The notes: generated from the letters alone by a model not told the origin. A DNA stretch of 64,000 bases from Eledone cirrhosa (GCA_964016885.1 OZ024763.1:11718001-11782000), one strand, 5' to 3'. Positions 13,031 to 25,830 are shown, numbered from the stretch's first letter. A program made the numbers and translations.

Positions 13031-13149
13031 TATTTACATGGTATTGAGACATGAATAGGCTGCAGCTTTGATACTTTTCCCATATGAAACATCTGCTGGG
13101 GATGCTCATTTGCATATAGTGTACAGCTTAAAACAAATAGCCAGAACTA

Positions 13150-14390
13150 TATATGTAGTGGTGAGGTGGTGGGGAGGTGGTGGGGAGGGTAGTAGTGGTG
13201 AGGTGGTGGGGAGGGTAGTAGTGGTGAGGTGGTGGTGTGGTATTAGTGATGTGATTGTGGTGGTCTGGTATTGGTGGTATAGGTGGTAGTAGTGGTGGTG
13301 GTGTTGATGTGATGTGGTGGTGATGGTAATGTGATGGTGTTAGTGGTGGTGATGTGATGTTGGTATTGTTGGTGTGGTATGGGTGGTAGTGGTGATGGTA
13401 TAGGTGGTGGTAGTAGTAGTGGTGGTGGTGGTGTGGTATAGGTGGTAGTGGTGGTGGTGTGGTATAGGTGGTAGTGGTGGTAGTGGTGGTGGTGGTGATG
13501 GTATAGGTGGTGGTAATGTGATGGTGTTAGTAGTGGTGGTGGTGGTGGTATAGGTGGTGGTAATGTGATGGTGTTAGTAGTAGTAGTGGTGGTGGTAATG
13601 GTGATGGTGGTAGTAGTAGTGGTGGTGGTAATGTGATGGTGTTAGTAGTAGTAGTGGTGGTAATGGTGATGGTATAGGTGGTGGTGGTAATGTGATGGTG
13701 TTAGAGGTGGTGGTGGTGGTAATGTGATGGTGTTAGTGGTGGTGGTGGTGGTGGTAATGTGATGGTGTTAGTGGTGGTGGTGGTGGTAATGTGATGGTGT
13801 TAGTGGTGGTGGTGGTGGTAATGTGATGGTGTTAGAGGTGGTGGTGGTGGTAATGTGATGGTGTTAGTGGTGGTGGTGGTGGTGGTAATGTGATGGTGTT
13901 AGTGGTGGTGGTGGTAATGTGATGGTGTTAGTGGTGGTGGTGGTGGTAATGTGATGGTGTTAGTGGTGGTGGTGGTGGTAATGTGATGGTGTTAGTGGTG
14001 GTGGTGGTGGTAATGTGATGGTGGTAATGTGGTGGTGTTAGTGGTGGTGGTGGTGGTAATGTGATGGTGTTAGTGGTGGTGGTGGTGGTAATGTGATGGT
14101 GTTAGAGGTGGTGGTGGTGGTAATGTGATGGTGTTAGTGGTGGTGGTGGTGGTGGTAATGTGATGGTGTTAGTGGTGGTGGTGGTAATGTGATGGTGTTA
14201 GTGGTGGTGGTGGTAATGTGATGGTGTTAGTGGTGGTGGTGGTGGTAATGTGATGGTGGTAATGTGGTGGTGGTGGTAATGTGATGGTGTTAGTGGTGGT
14301 GGTGGTGGTAATGTGATGGTGGTAATGTGGTGGTGTTAGTGGTGGTGGTGGTGGTAATGTGATGGTGGTAATGTGGTGGTGGTGGTGTCG
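13150..14390. repeat. GGT-rich minisatellite (GGTAATGTGATGGTGTTAGT(GGT)n)
   Basis: Tandem periodicity. Confidence 0.9.
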
Positions 14391-14459
14391 GTTGACTGAC
14401 TCTGACTTAAATCAATATAGACACACTACTTAGACCATCAATCAGTTACTTTATATCTG

Positions 14460-14940
14460 CTCTGTGTGTGTGTGTGTGCTTGTGTCCCTGTGTGTGTATC
14501 TGTGTGTATGTATGTGTGCCTATGTCCCTGTGTGTGTATCTGTATGTATGTGTGTGTGCCTGCCTATGTCCCTGTATCTGTGTATGTATGTGTGTGTGTG
14601 CCTATGTCCCTGTGTGTGTATCTGTATGTATGTGTGTGTGCCTATGTCCCTGTGTGTGTATCTGTATGTATGTGTGTATGCCTATGTCCCTGTGTGTATC
14701 TGTATTATGTATGTATGTGTGTGTGTATGTGCCTATGTCCCTGTGTGTGTATCTGTATGTATGTATGTGTGTGTGTGTGCCTGCCTATGTCCCTGTGTGT
14801 GTATCTGTATGTATGTATGTGTGTGTGTGTGCCTGCCTATGTCCCTGTGTATCTGTATGTATGTGTGTGTGCCTATGTCCCTGTGTGTGTATCTGTATGT
14901 ATGTGTGTGTGCCTATGTCCCTGTGTGTGTATCTGTATGT
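14460..14940. repeat. GCCTATGTCCCTGTGTGTGTATCTGTATG(TG)n minisatellite
   Basis: Tandem periodicity. Confidence 0.9.
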
Positions 14941-15498
14941 AAACCAACAAACCATCTGTCTGCTTATCTTAGCTCTAGATCTTGTTATCTGTGTAATGTC
15001 TGTTAGACTATTGATTTATATGGCTGTGTGTGTGTGTTGATGTATGTGTGTGTGTGTATATATATTTGAGTCTGTATGTATGTGTGTGTGTATATATATA
15101 TTTGAGTCTGTATGTATGTGTGCCTGACAATGTGTGTGTGCACGTGTCTTGACATATGTGTGCTTGTTTATATGTGTGTGTATGTGTGTGGCATTATATG
15201 TGTGCTTGTTTATACGTGTGTGTATGTGTGTGTGTGTGTATGTGGCATTATGTGTGTGCCTGTCTATATGACTATATGTTGTCCATTCAGTAGTAAAGTT
15301 CTTTCCTGTTAGACCTGCAAGGTTGATAAATTAGTTTTCACACAAACACCTTCCCACCTCTCTCTCTCCTTGTGTGTGTGTGTATACTCGTTAACTGGAG
15401 TTAGTCACTAGACTACAGCCATGCTGGAGCACTGCTTTGATTTAGTCAATCATATTGATCCCAGTATTTATTTTTTCAAGTCTATTTGACATAAACCC

Positions 15499-16250
15499 AG
15501 ACACCAAGGAAGGTGATGTCTTTGGTATAGTCTAAGACACCAAGGAAGGTGATGTCTTTGGTATAGTCTAAGACACTAGGGAAGGTGATGTCTTTGGTAT
15601 AGTTTAAGACACTAGGGAAGGTGATGTCTTTGGTATAGTTTAAGACACTAGGGAAGGTGATGTCTTTGGTATAGTCTAAGACACTAGGGAAGGTGATGTC
15701 TTTGGTATAGTTTAAGACAATAGGGAAGGTGATGTCTTTGGTATAGTTTAAGACACTAGGGAAGGTGATGTCTTTGGTATAGTTTAAGACAATAGGGAAG
15801 GTGATGTCTTTGGTATAGTTTAAGACAATAGGGAAGGTGATGTCTTTGGTATAGTTTAAGACAATAGGGAAGGTGATGTCTTTGGTATAGTTTAAGACAA
15901 TAGGGAAGGTGATGTCTTTGGTATAGTTTAAGACAATAGGGAAGGTGATGTCTTTGGTATAGTTTAAGACAATAGGGAAGGTGATGTCTTTGGTATAGTT
16001 TAAGACAATAGGGAAGGTGATGTCTTTGGTATAGTTTAAGACACCAAGGAACGTGATGTCATTGGTATAGTTTAAGACACTAGGGAAGGTGATGTCTTTG
16101 GTATAGTCTAAGACACTAAGGAAGGTGCTGTCTTTGGTATAGTCTAAGACACTAAGGAAGGTGCTGTCTTTGGTATAGTTTAAGATGCTAGGGAAGGTGA
16201 TGTCTTTGGTATAGTTTAAGATGCTAGGGAAGGTGATGTCTTTGGTATAG
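15499..16250. repeat. 36-bp minisatellite (~21 units)
   Basis: Unit AGACACTAGGGAAGGTGATGTCTTTGGTATAGTTTA. Confidence 0.95.
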
Positions 16251-16577
16251 CCTGAGAGTCTTCCTCACCCTAGGGTTGGTGCCACAATAAAATGCACTCA
16301 TTAGAATACAGGATCATGTCTGGCTCTCAGCGAACATGGAGGTCAGTGACTCCACTTGAATTCTGACCAGTCTATAATGACATGTCCAACCCTTGCATAC
16401 AAAGAAAACAGACAGCAATGGTGCTGATATATATATATATATATATATGACTGCCTTGTGCAGCAATTCCTATCTACTAAATTCCACTACAAGACATTGG
16501 TCATCTCAAGGCTATAGTAGGAGAAACTTGTCCAAGGTACTGAGCACTGAGACTGAACCCAGAATTTATATCTTAGT

Positions 16578-16772
16578 TTTAAGTTCTTCTGCGCCTTTTG
16601 GTGCATCAAGCAGTAAGTAGTCGCCAACGGTTACGATCACTGGCAGCTTTTTCGTGTCCCCGACAAGTGATGTTGGCTGCCATCAGGTCTTTTTGGAATG
16701 TTCGTCGCCAGGGGATCCTGGGGCAACCCTGCTTCTGTTTGCTGCCAGGTAGAGTCCAGTTCATCGCTGTTT
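16578..16772 (-). mobile_element. RTE-clade LINE 3' end remnant
   Basis: Minus strand translates AMNWTLPGSKQKQGCPRIPWRRTFQKDL...DRNRWR, a typical RTE C-terminus. Confidence 0.7.
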
Positions 16773-16925
16773 TTGAATTTATATATAATCAGGCTAAAAT
16801 CAATACATGTTTAGGGTCAAACTATATATAGATGTAGTATAGCCCCAACAGAGCTCCCTTCTCATTTTGACTTCCTCACGAGTTTCAAACTGGATCCTGT
16901 CTCATTCTCAACATCTACTGTGGCT

Positions 16926-17505
16926 GGGGTATATTCTAAACAGCCTCCCTGATAATTTCCCCAATTTCTGGGGTATATTCTAAACAGCCTCCCTAATAAT
17001 TTTCCTAGTTTTTGGGGTATATGCTAAAAGACTAGCTGTAATAATTTTCCCAGTTTCTGGGGTACATGCTAAAGACCCACTAATAATTTTCCCAGTTTCT
17101 GGGGTATATTCTAAACAGCCTCCCTAATAATTTTCCTAGTTTTTGGGGTATATGCTAAAAGACTAGCTGTAATAATTTTCCCAGTTTCTGGGGTATATGC
17201 TAAAGACCCACTAATAATTTTCCCAGTTTCTGGGGTATATTCTAAACAGCCTCCCTAATAATTTTCCTAGTTTTTGGGGTATATGCTAAAAGACTAGCTG
17301 TAATAATTTTCCCAGTTTCTGGGGTATATGCTAAAGACCCACTAATAATTTTCCCAATTTCTGGGGTATATTCTAAACAGCCTCCCTAATAATTTTCCTA
17401 GTTTTTGGGGTATATGCTAAAAGACTAGCTGTAATAATTTTCCCAGTTTCTGGGGTATATGCTAAAGACCCACTAATAATTTTCCCAGTTTCTGGGGTAT
17501 ATTCT
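16926..17505. repeat. Minisatellite with 131-bp trimeric higher-order unit
   Basis: GGGGTATATTCTAAACAGCC recurs at 17101, 17232 and 17363, with two variant subunits between. Confidence 0.9.
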
Positions 17506-17517
17506 GACTGTTTGCAG

Positions 17518-17606
17518 TTATCACCCTTAGAGTACTGGAAAGTTTTATTGATATCTGATATTCTTGGATATTCACACTTAGAAGAAATGGCTGACGATGG
17601 GAAATT
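17518..17606 (+). CDS. Candidate internal exon (LSPLEYWKVLLISDILGYSHLEEMADDGK)
   Basis: Acceptor ctgtttgcag, donor gtatgt, open for 29 codons plus 2 nt in unique sequence. Confidence 0.45.
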
Positions 17607-18163
17607 GTATGTATTGTCCAATATTTGATATATATGACGTAAAATGATGATGATTATATATATATATATATATATATTATCGTCATCATCATCGTTTAAC
17701 GTCTATCTTCCACGCTAGCATGGGTTAGATGGGTTTGTTGAACTTGAGGCAAGTTTGGTTGGGTGACCATGTCTCACTTGTATAGAACTGTTTCTGGCTG
17801 GGTTTCTACTGTTGGATGCCCTTCCTAGTGCCAACCACGTTTACAGTGTGGACTACTTTTTATCGTGTCTCCTACACGACCACTTTACAGTGTGGACTGG
17901 GTGCTTTTTGTCGTAATACCTACATGACCACTTTACAGTGTGGACTGGATGTCCTGTGATACCAACATAAAGGATGGTGGGAGGATGGAGTAGGGGGTGT
18001 GGGGTAGGGTGTATATTGGGTTAAGAGGTGGCTACTGACTTTAGGTTTAAGTTTGTATGTAAGGGAAGGCAGGTCTTCTGTATTACTGCATAGAGCCAAA
18101 GATTTTGATCCAGTGGCACCACTTTTAGAGTGGTGTAATTATGTAAGGTCAGTTTATATATAT

Positions 18164-18505
18164 ATCATCATCATCATCATCATCATTTTACGTCCGCTTT
18201 TCCCTGCAAGGGTGGGATGGGAACTGATTCTGGCTTGATTTCTACAGCTGGATGCCCTTCCTAACACCAACCTCATTTACAGTGAGTGCTGGGTAATTTT
18301 TTTTCTGTGGCACCTCCACGACCACTTTGCAGTGGAATGATAGGGACCCCAGTCCCTATCATCTCATTTCTACAGCTGAGTAAACTGGAGCAATGTGAAA
18401 TAAAGCGTCTTGCTCAAGGAAACAACACATCAGCCAGTCTGAGAATTGAACTCACAACCTTTCGATTGCAAGGCCAATGCTCTAACCACTAAGCCATGTG
18501 CCTCC
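18164..18505 (-). mobile_element. Full-length CORE-type SINE family B
   Basis: tRNA-like head GGAGGCACATGGCTTAGTGGTTAG...GAGTTCAATTC, CORE, (ATG)n tail. Confidence 0.9.
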
Positions 18506-18579
18506 AGCACATATATACATATATATAGATATGAAAAAGAAAATTTCGCTCTACATAGCTGAATACAATAAATGTAATG

Positions 18580-18856
18580 AGTTTTTCGAATATTAATAAT
18601 TGTTTCTACTTTTGGCACAAGGCCAGCAACTACCCAGTGTATTACTTAATAACATTCGATTCGTTTGCAATTTTGCAAACAAACCCCAATTTTATAGCCA
18701 TGTCAGTAGAATGAACCCTTCATTCTTGCTCTTATGTTGGCATGCCAACACAAGAGCAAGAATGAAGGGTTCATTCTACTGACATGGCTATAAAATTGGG
18801 GTTTGTTTGCAAAATTGCAAACGAATCGAATGTTATTATTAATATTCGGAAAACTA
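18580..18856. mobile_element. Spacer-less palindrome (foldback) with a SINE A fragment in the left arm
   Basis: Centre TTGGCATGCCAA (18737-18748); arms 18647-18742 and 18743-18838 nearly perfect. Confidence 0.8.
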
Positions 18857-18953
18857 TATATATATATTGTATTTCGAATCGGGATATTTGCCCACCCCTT
18901 GTGACTGCTCTATTTTACCATCCTGTCCAGCCAGCCGATTAACTCAATAGGAC

Positions 18954-19000
<47 letters not shown>

Positions 19001-19170
19001 GCACACATACATGGTTAACATAAGTTATGTTAGATAACATATATCATCATCATCGTTTGTGCGTGTGTGTGGTATAGTAAATAAAGATATAATTACGAAA
19101 TAAATATGACAAGGTCAATGTGTGTGTCTGTGCATGCATATATATATATATATATGTGTGTGTCTGTGCA

Positions 19171-19246
<76 letters not shown>

Positions 19247-20429
19247 ATATATCATCATCATCATCATCACTATTTTTATGTCTATTTTACTATGCTTGGC
19301 TGGGTTTAGAGGTGTTTCACACACTTCACATAGTTTACAGTGTGAACTGAGTGTATATTTGTGTCACTGGCACCAGGCAGACTGTCTACAACAGGATTAA
19401 AGGGTACTTTCTACTCTATCAGATTTTATTAGGGAGTTACACCTTGCCTAGATGGGTTGCCTGCACATGGTGGACCTTATGAAGAAAACATTTAATTTAC
19501 AGCTCACACCTATACAGATTTGGTTGGCTTCATATGCAGTTACTTCTGATAGGATGAGGTTTCTTGAGTGTTTTGATAAGGGCTCCAGCCAGTCCTATGA
19601 TGGAAAGTAATGTGAAATGGAGTGCCTTGCTCAAGATCACAACACACATATCAAACACTCTTTTATGGCATTTATGTCTCTTTTGCTTGTTCCTTCCTGT
19701 TTTGGAATGATTTTTAACAATTCAATGCCCTTCCTCTCAATAACCACTTATAGACATAAGTGGTTGTAGAAGACACACTCACACTCACATTCACATACAT
19801 GCACACACACACACATTCACATACATATACATATACTCACATACATACATACACACACACACACACATATACTCACATACACACTCACACACACACACAC
19901 TCACATACTCACTCACTCACATACTCACGTTCACTCACACATACTCACACTCACTCACACATACTCACACACACACACACACTCACATACATACACACAC
20001 TCACATACATGCACACACACTCACATACACGCACACACACACTCATACACACATTCACACTCACATACATACACACACTCACACACACTCACATTCACAC
20101 TCACATACAAACACACTCCAGACCATATATTTCTCCTTGTACATCTGTGTGTGTGTGTGTGTGTGTGTCTAACTATATAATAATAATAATTGTTTCTACT
20201 TTTGGCACAAGGCCAGCAATTACCCAGTACATTACTGGTACTTTATAATATAATAATAATAATAATAATAATAATATGGAGCAGGAACGAAGTATCAATA
20301 TAAGATCATTATGTTTATTCACACGGGACTTGTGTTTCGGGATCGATCAGCTCAAGGTCCGATCGTTGGTGAACCATCAGTAATTAAACACCAATACACA
20401 ATATATATATTTATATATACTTATACATA

Positions 20430-20464
<35 letters not shown>

Positions 20465-21244
20465 GTATATATATATACACTCCAAAGCAATAGAGTACTC
20501 ATTCAACCCTAATAAATCTATTAATCTTTACTGTGGTATTGAGTATACAGTCATGCAACAGTCAATACTAAACAAATGTATATATATATATATATATATG
20601 GGTGTATATACACACACACACGTATATGTATGTATATATGTGTGTGTTTGTATATATATATGAGTGTGTGTGTATGCAAACATGGAAAATAGACATGATA
20701 ATGATAATATAATACACAAGTTCAATTTTACCTGTTTTAGTCAGACTTCAGTCATGTTTCAACTCCTTTCAATGTATCTAGTTGATTATATTGACCTCAA
20801 TGCATATGTTATCGATCTGTTTTTGTCAAACAAGGCATAAATACACACACACACACACGCACACGCGCGCGTGTACAGTTTCTGTGTATTAAATTTCATT
20901 GGTAAGACATTAGTAGAAGACAAGGCCCCATGTTGGTCTGAACCCCAAATCCTGTGATAGTTAAGGGAACTCCTTAACTAAACAAACACAATATTCGGTT
21001 TTATATATGGTTTTTCTCACAGATGCGAGAAAAACCACAAACCCTCCATCGCAATTCTACTTTTGAAAAGCATAAGAACTGTGAAACCGGTAAACGAAAC
21101 AAATAAATATTCTTAAGACTCCAGTTGCATTTTTGATTTCATCTTTTTTCCTTACACTTTCACTCATGTAGGACATCTTGTTTTTTTTTTTCTTTTTTTA
21201 TTTCATTTAAAAAAAAAACTCATTTTCTTATATATATATATATA

Positions 21245-21550
21245 TGGCCTTGCAATCGAAAGGTTGTGAGTTCAATTCTCAGACCGGGTGATGTGGTGTT
21301 TCCTTGAGCAAGACACTTTATTTCACATTGCTCCAGTTTACTCAGCTGTAGAAATGAGATGATAGGGACTGGGGTCCCTATCATTCCACTGTAAAGTGGA
21401 TGTGTAGGCACCACGGAAAAAAAGCAGCCAGCACTCACTGTAAATGAGGTTGGTGTTAGGAAGGGCATCCAGCTGTAGAAATCAAGCCAGAATCATTTCC
21501 CGCCCCACCCTTGCTAGCAGGGAAAAAGCGGACGTAAAATGATGATGATG
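21245..21550 (+). mobile_element. CORE-type SINE family B
   Basis: Matches 52775-53120. Confidence 0.88.
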
Positions 21551-21675
21551 ATATATATATATATATATAAAAAACATGGGAAGAAAGAGGGAAACTGCGT
21601 GGTTGCATATGGGTTACATATTATAAAATTAGTCCCTCATCAGTGATTTGCCAACCATCATTGGTATTTCATCGC

Positions 21676-21742
<67 letters not shown>

Positions 21743-21844
21743 GTAATCTGAGTTTTTCAAACAAATCGAATATTATTATTAATATTTGAAAAATTCAGAT
21801 CACATTTCTTGTGTTCAGCCATGTAGAGCGCTAAACTATTTGTT

Positions 21845-22035
21845 AGTGGTGGAATGGCAGTATCGGTCAAGGGTGGGACGCCATGCTTTGACGCATAGAG
21901 TTACGGCCCTTGCCATTCTGAGTTCAAATCCCGTCGAGGTTAACTTTGCCTTTCATCCTTACGGGGGTCGATAAAATAAAGTACCAGTAATGCACTGGGG
22001 TAATTGCTGGCCTCGTTCCAAAAGTAGAAACAATT
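21845..22035 (+). mobile_element. tRNA-derived SINE family A
   Basis: Family consensus. Confidence 0.85.
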
Positions 22036-22055
22036 ATATATATATATATATATAT

Positions 22056-22250
22056 ATTTAATATAGGTGAGATTCTACAGGACTAGAACTGTTTCATTCT
22101 TCAGAAATCATCAGGAATTCCTGATGATTTCTGAAGAATGAAACAGTTCTAGTCCTGTAGAATCTCATCTATATTAAAACCTTTATACTCTGCAATGTAT
22201 TGAGTACCTTGCTTACTGTGGTTACCTCCGATTCAACCCGGAATAACGTA

Positions 22251-22252
<2 letters not shown>
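22056..22252. mobile_element. Foldback element with hammerhead-core motif, same family as 11268 and 47980
   Basis: Palindrome centred on CAGGAATTCCTG; CTGATGA-tttctgaagaat-GAAAC; unique tail with GTATTGAGTAC; (TA)n flanks. Confidence 0.7.
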
Positions 22253-22295
<43 letters not shown>

Positions 22296-22369
22296 CTAAC
22301 TCATGCTAGCATGGAGAAAAAGGACGTTAAACGGTGATGATGATGATATATGATATATATGTGTTTATA

Positions 22370-22555
22370 CTAGTTTTAAACTAGTAAGCCCATTATTCAG
22401 CAGAGTACTCGATACTTGGGATATTAGAGTGTAGATGTAGTGGAGAGTCAAGGCCAGACGCCAGAGCTCTTGCCATTTCGACAGCAAATCCCAGTGTAGA
22501 ATTTGGTGTTAAAACGGCAAGAGCTCAACCGTCGGGCCCTAACTCTCTACTCTCT
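22370..22555. mobile_element. Foldback related to 751-915
   Basis: Inverted GAGCTCTTGCC / GGCAAGAGCTC; AAAACGG..CCGTC helix-III-like end. Confidence 0.45.
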
Positions 22556-22587
22556 ATCTATCTATCTTATATATATATATATATATA

Positions 22588-22855
22588 TCATCATCATCAT
22601 CATCATCACCGTTTTACGTCCGTTCTTCCACGCTAGCATGGGTTAGACGGGTTGTCCTGTTGTGGGCAGTGTCTGGTCGGCTGACCATGCCTTGCTCATA
22701 CAGGAACTGATCTGGCTTGATTTCTACAGCTGGATGCCCTTCCTAACACCAACCTCATTTACAGTGAGTGCTGGGTGCTTTTTCGTGGCGCCTACACGTC
22801 CACTTTACAGTGTGGGCTGGGTGCTTTTTTGCCGTGGCACCTCCACGACCACCTT
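22588..22855 (-). mobile_element. SINE family B 3' portion
   Basis: Reverse complement of 10990-11253. Confidence 0.85.
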
Positions 22856-22891
22856 GCGGTGGGGGGGGGGGGGGCATATTGTTTATATGCT

Positions 22892-23818
22892 TCAGCATGT
22901 ACCCATGGGAGGTCGGGTACCCTGTATTACTGCGTGACGCCAGAAGTCACGGTCGTGTGTCATTGACTTTGAGAGGTGTAGTTGGGTAAGGTCGGCTTTT
23001 ATCACCTCATCCCAAGTCATCTTGGGTCTCCCCACTCCGCGGTTTCCATCAACTTCTAGTGCTCTGCACCTTTTTATGCAGCTGTCATCCTTCATACGCA
23101 TCACATGTCCATACCAGCGTAACCGCCTCTCCTGCACGCAGCATTTGATTCCTCTTATGCTCAGTCTCTCTCTCAATTCATTTATGCTTTGTCGTTCACG
23201 TATATTACTGTTACACATCCATCGGAGCATGCAGGCTTCGTTTCTCTCTAATCTACGTAAGTCTTCCACCTTCAGCGCCCAGGTCTCACTACCATGCAAC
23301 ATCGCTGTTCGGATACACGCATCATACAGTCTGCCTTTCATTCTGAGGGAGAAGCCTTTTGCAGCTAGCAGTGGTAGTAGTTCCCTAAACTTCTTCCATC
23401 CCGTTCTTACCCTAGTTATTGTACTTTCTGAGCACCCACCTCCGTTGCTAATTCGGTCACCTAGGTAGCAGAAGCTGTCTACTGTTTCTACAGGGCCCTC
23501 CCAGAGATTGGTGGTACTTGTTTCCTGTGGCTGTTTGCTTGCTGTTTCAGCACAGCTGCTGCATGTGAATCCTACATTCTTAATTAAGCTTCCTGAGATC
23601 CCGCTACATCTCTTGTGTACCCATTGTTTGCATTTGGGGCAAAGAATGGAGTTCCTACCTACACCTTTCCTACATACTGAGCAAGGCCATTTCCCTGAGG
23701 GGATCTGGGTTCTGTTTTCTCGTCTACTTATAAGGACCTTAGTCTTTGTCATGTTGACTTTGAGGCCCTTTCTCTCTAGTCCCTGCTTCCAGGTTTGGAA
23801 TTTATTCTCTAGTTCTAT
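22892..23818 (-). mobile_element. 5'-truncated RTE-clade LINE: open RT C-terminus containing a PHD finger
   Basis: GLKVNMTKTKV, FCYLGD, MLHGSETW, RRLRWYGHVMR, GRPKMTW; C4HC3 insert CSVC..CPKC..H..C..CSSC. Confidence 0.93.
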
Positions 23819-23828
23819 ATATTCATTT

Positions 23829-23867
<39 letters not shown>

Positions 23868-23872
<5 letters not shown>

Positions 23873-24195
23873 AAATGAAAATCCGAAGGCAAGGTAAAAT
23901 TCCAATCATTTAATCACGACACATGTTTCAATAAGAGATAGATCGATTGTGAAGCCATGATCGATTATCACTGATCTCATCAGGTGAAAATGAATTGTCT
24001 TCAAATTCTTGATATGAGGGAGAAAAAAATAACGATGTTCTCTCACAGAATTCATTCCCTCATATTCCTTCATTTTCACCTGATGAGATCAGTGATAATC
24101 GAACATGGCTTCACAATCGATCTATCTCTTATTGAAACATGTGTCGTGATTAAATGATTGGAATTCTACCTTGCCTTCGGATTTTCATTTTGATA
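23868..24195. mobile_element. Inverted-repeat element with a hammerhead motif in each arm
   Basis: Arms 23868-23994 and 24069-24195 are near-perfect reverse complements; (TA)n on the left flank. Confidence 0.75.
24071..24156 (+). ncRNA. Minimal type I hammerhead ribozyme candidate
   Basis: tcac CTGATGA(24080) ... GAAAC atgt GTC(24145) gtga; helix I tcac/gtga extended by cattt/aaatg. Confidence 0.55.
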
Positions 24196-24345
24196 CTTAT
24201 ACTCCATTTTACATCATCTAGCTGTTCCCTTGAATGGAATTGGAGATACACAAAAGCGTGGAGAACTTAACATTGCTAACATAAAGTTATTGGACCTTTT
24301 TACACAACCAATAATGCACCTTACTATATATATATATATACACAC

Positions 24346-24405
<60 letters not shown>

Positions 24406-24947
24406 AAGAGAGATATGAATAGGTAGATAAGTCTGTAAGTAATATAAAATTAAGTGGATATAATATACTTATGTGTATAATGCACACACACGCAGCAAAC
24501 CAGACATCCTTCTGCACACGTGTGTGGTGGTGTGTGTATATATATATATACACACATATATATATACACACATATATATGTACATACACATGAGGTGTTT
24601 GTCTATAAGTGCTAGAGACAGCTGATAATGATACTAGCAGTGATGAAAACCAGCTTTTCTCCATTATAAGTAGTGTGTAAATACATCGACTTTCATTAAC
24701 TCTGTTGGTTAAACATCATACTTATATAGAGATATATAGCTTAGATACTGTTGATGTGGTGTCGATATCTAAGAGGTCTAACTTTAGACCATTATAACCC
24801 CTCCATTGCCACCTCTCTAATGAAAGACACTGCCTATTATTTTCAAATCATTTTGAGAAAAAAAAAAAATCAAGAATTTAGAGACTGGGGTGGGAATGTA
24901 GATATATAACTAACTTTGTCATTATTTAGCTGGTGAATATAGTTTAA

Positions 24948-25460
24948 TTTAACGCTTTAGCATTTAAACTGGCTGTATCCGGCCAGAATTCTCTCATCTC
25001 TTTCAGTTCAAACCGGCTGTAACCGGCCACTTATACTGATGTTAAGGTATTGTTCTCAAAAGGGATACTATCAAAATCTCATAGATTCGATATCATGCGA
25101 GATAAATCCTTTACCATGAAAATACAATAGTAAATATAGAGTAATCATCATCATCATCATCATTTTACATTCGCTCTTATGTAAAATTGTGAAAGATTTA
25201 AACATTTTTTTTTTTTATTTAGATAAATATAATGAAGCTTTATTTTAGAGAAACCAGGCAGGTTCAGGTAGTTTAATAACAAAATGGTTAACACTTTAGC
25301 ATTGACATTACATTTCATATACTATTATGCTTTCATGGTAAAGGCTTTACCTCATAATTATCTCACATAATATTAAATCTATGAGATTTTGATATTATTT
25401 ATTTTGAGAACAATATTTTAACATCAGTATGAGCAGCCAGTTACGTGTCTAACTGGGCTA
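24948..25460. mobile_element. Two decayed family P (TTAA) MITE copies in opposite orientation
   Basis: TTAACGCTTTAGCATTTAAA and TTAACACTTTAGCATT termini; internal homology to 44173-44604. Confidence 0.65.
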
Positions 25461-25622
25461 ATCTTGGCTCCTCTTAATGTGTGTTTGTGTGTAGCAGGTC
25501 TAACTTTAGACCATGTTAATGTGTGTGTGTATGTATATATATAGTAAGTCTGACATAAGACTATTGTTAATATGTGTGTATATATATATTTATATAGTAA
25601 GTCTGACATAAGACTATATTAA

Positions 25623-25656
<34 letters not shown>

Positions 25657-25683
25657 GTAAGTTTGACATAAGACTGTTAATGG

Positions 25684-25732
<49 letters not shown>

Positions 25733-25759
25733 GTATATAGTTGGTCTAACATCAGACCA

Positions 25760-25830
<71 letters not shown>

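Noticed and set aside
15499-16250. CRISPR-like 36-bp periodicity
   Set aside because: Contiguous units without unique spacers; eukaryotic context; no cas genes
21590-21660. Minus-strand CTGATGAGGG in a TA-embedded element
   Set aside because: No downstream GAAA or helix III visible, so not called a hammerhead
24610-24680. Protein-like stretch LETADNDTSSDENQLFSIISSV*
   Set aside because: Weak acceptor and phase incompatible with the other candidate exons
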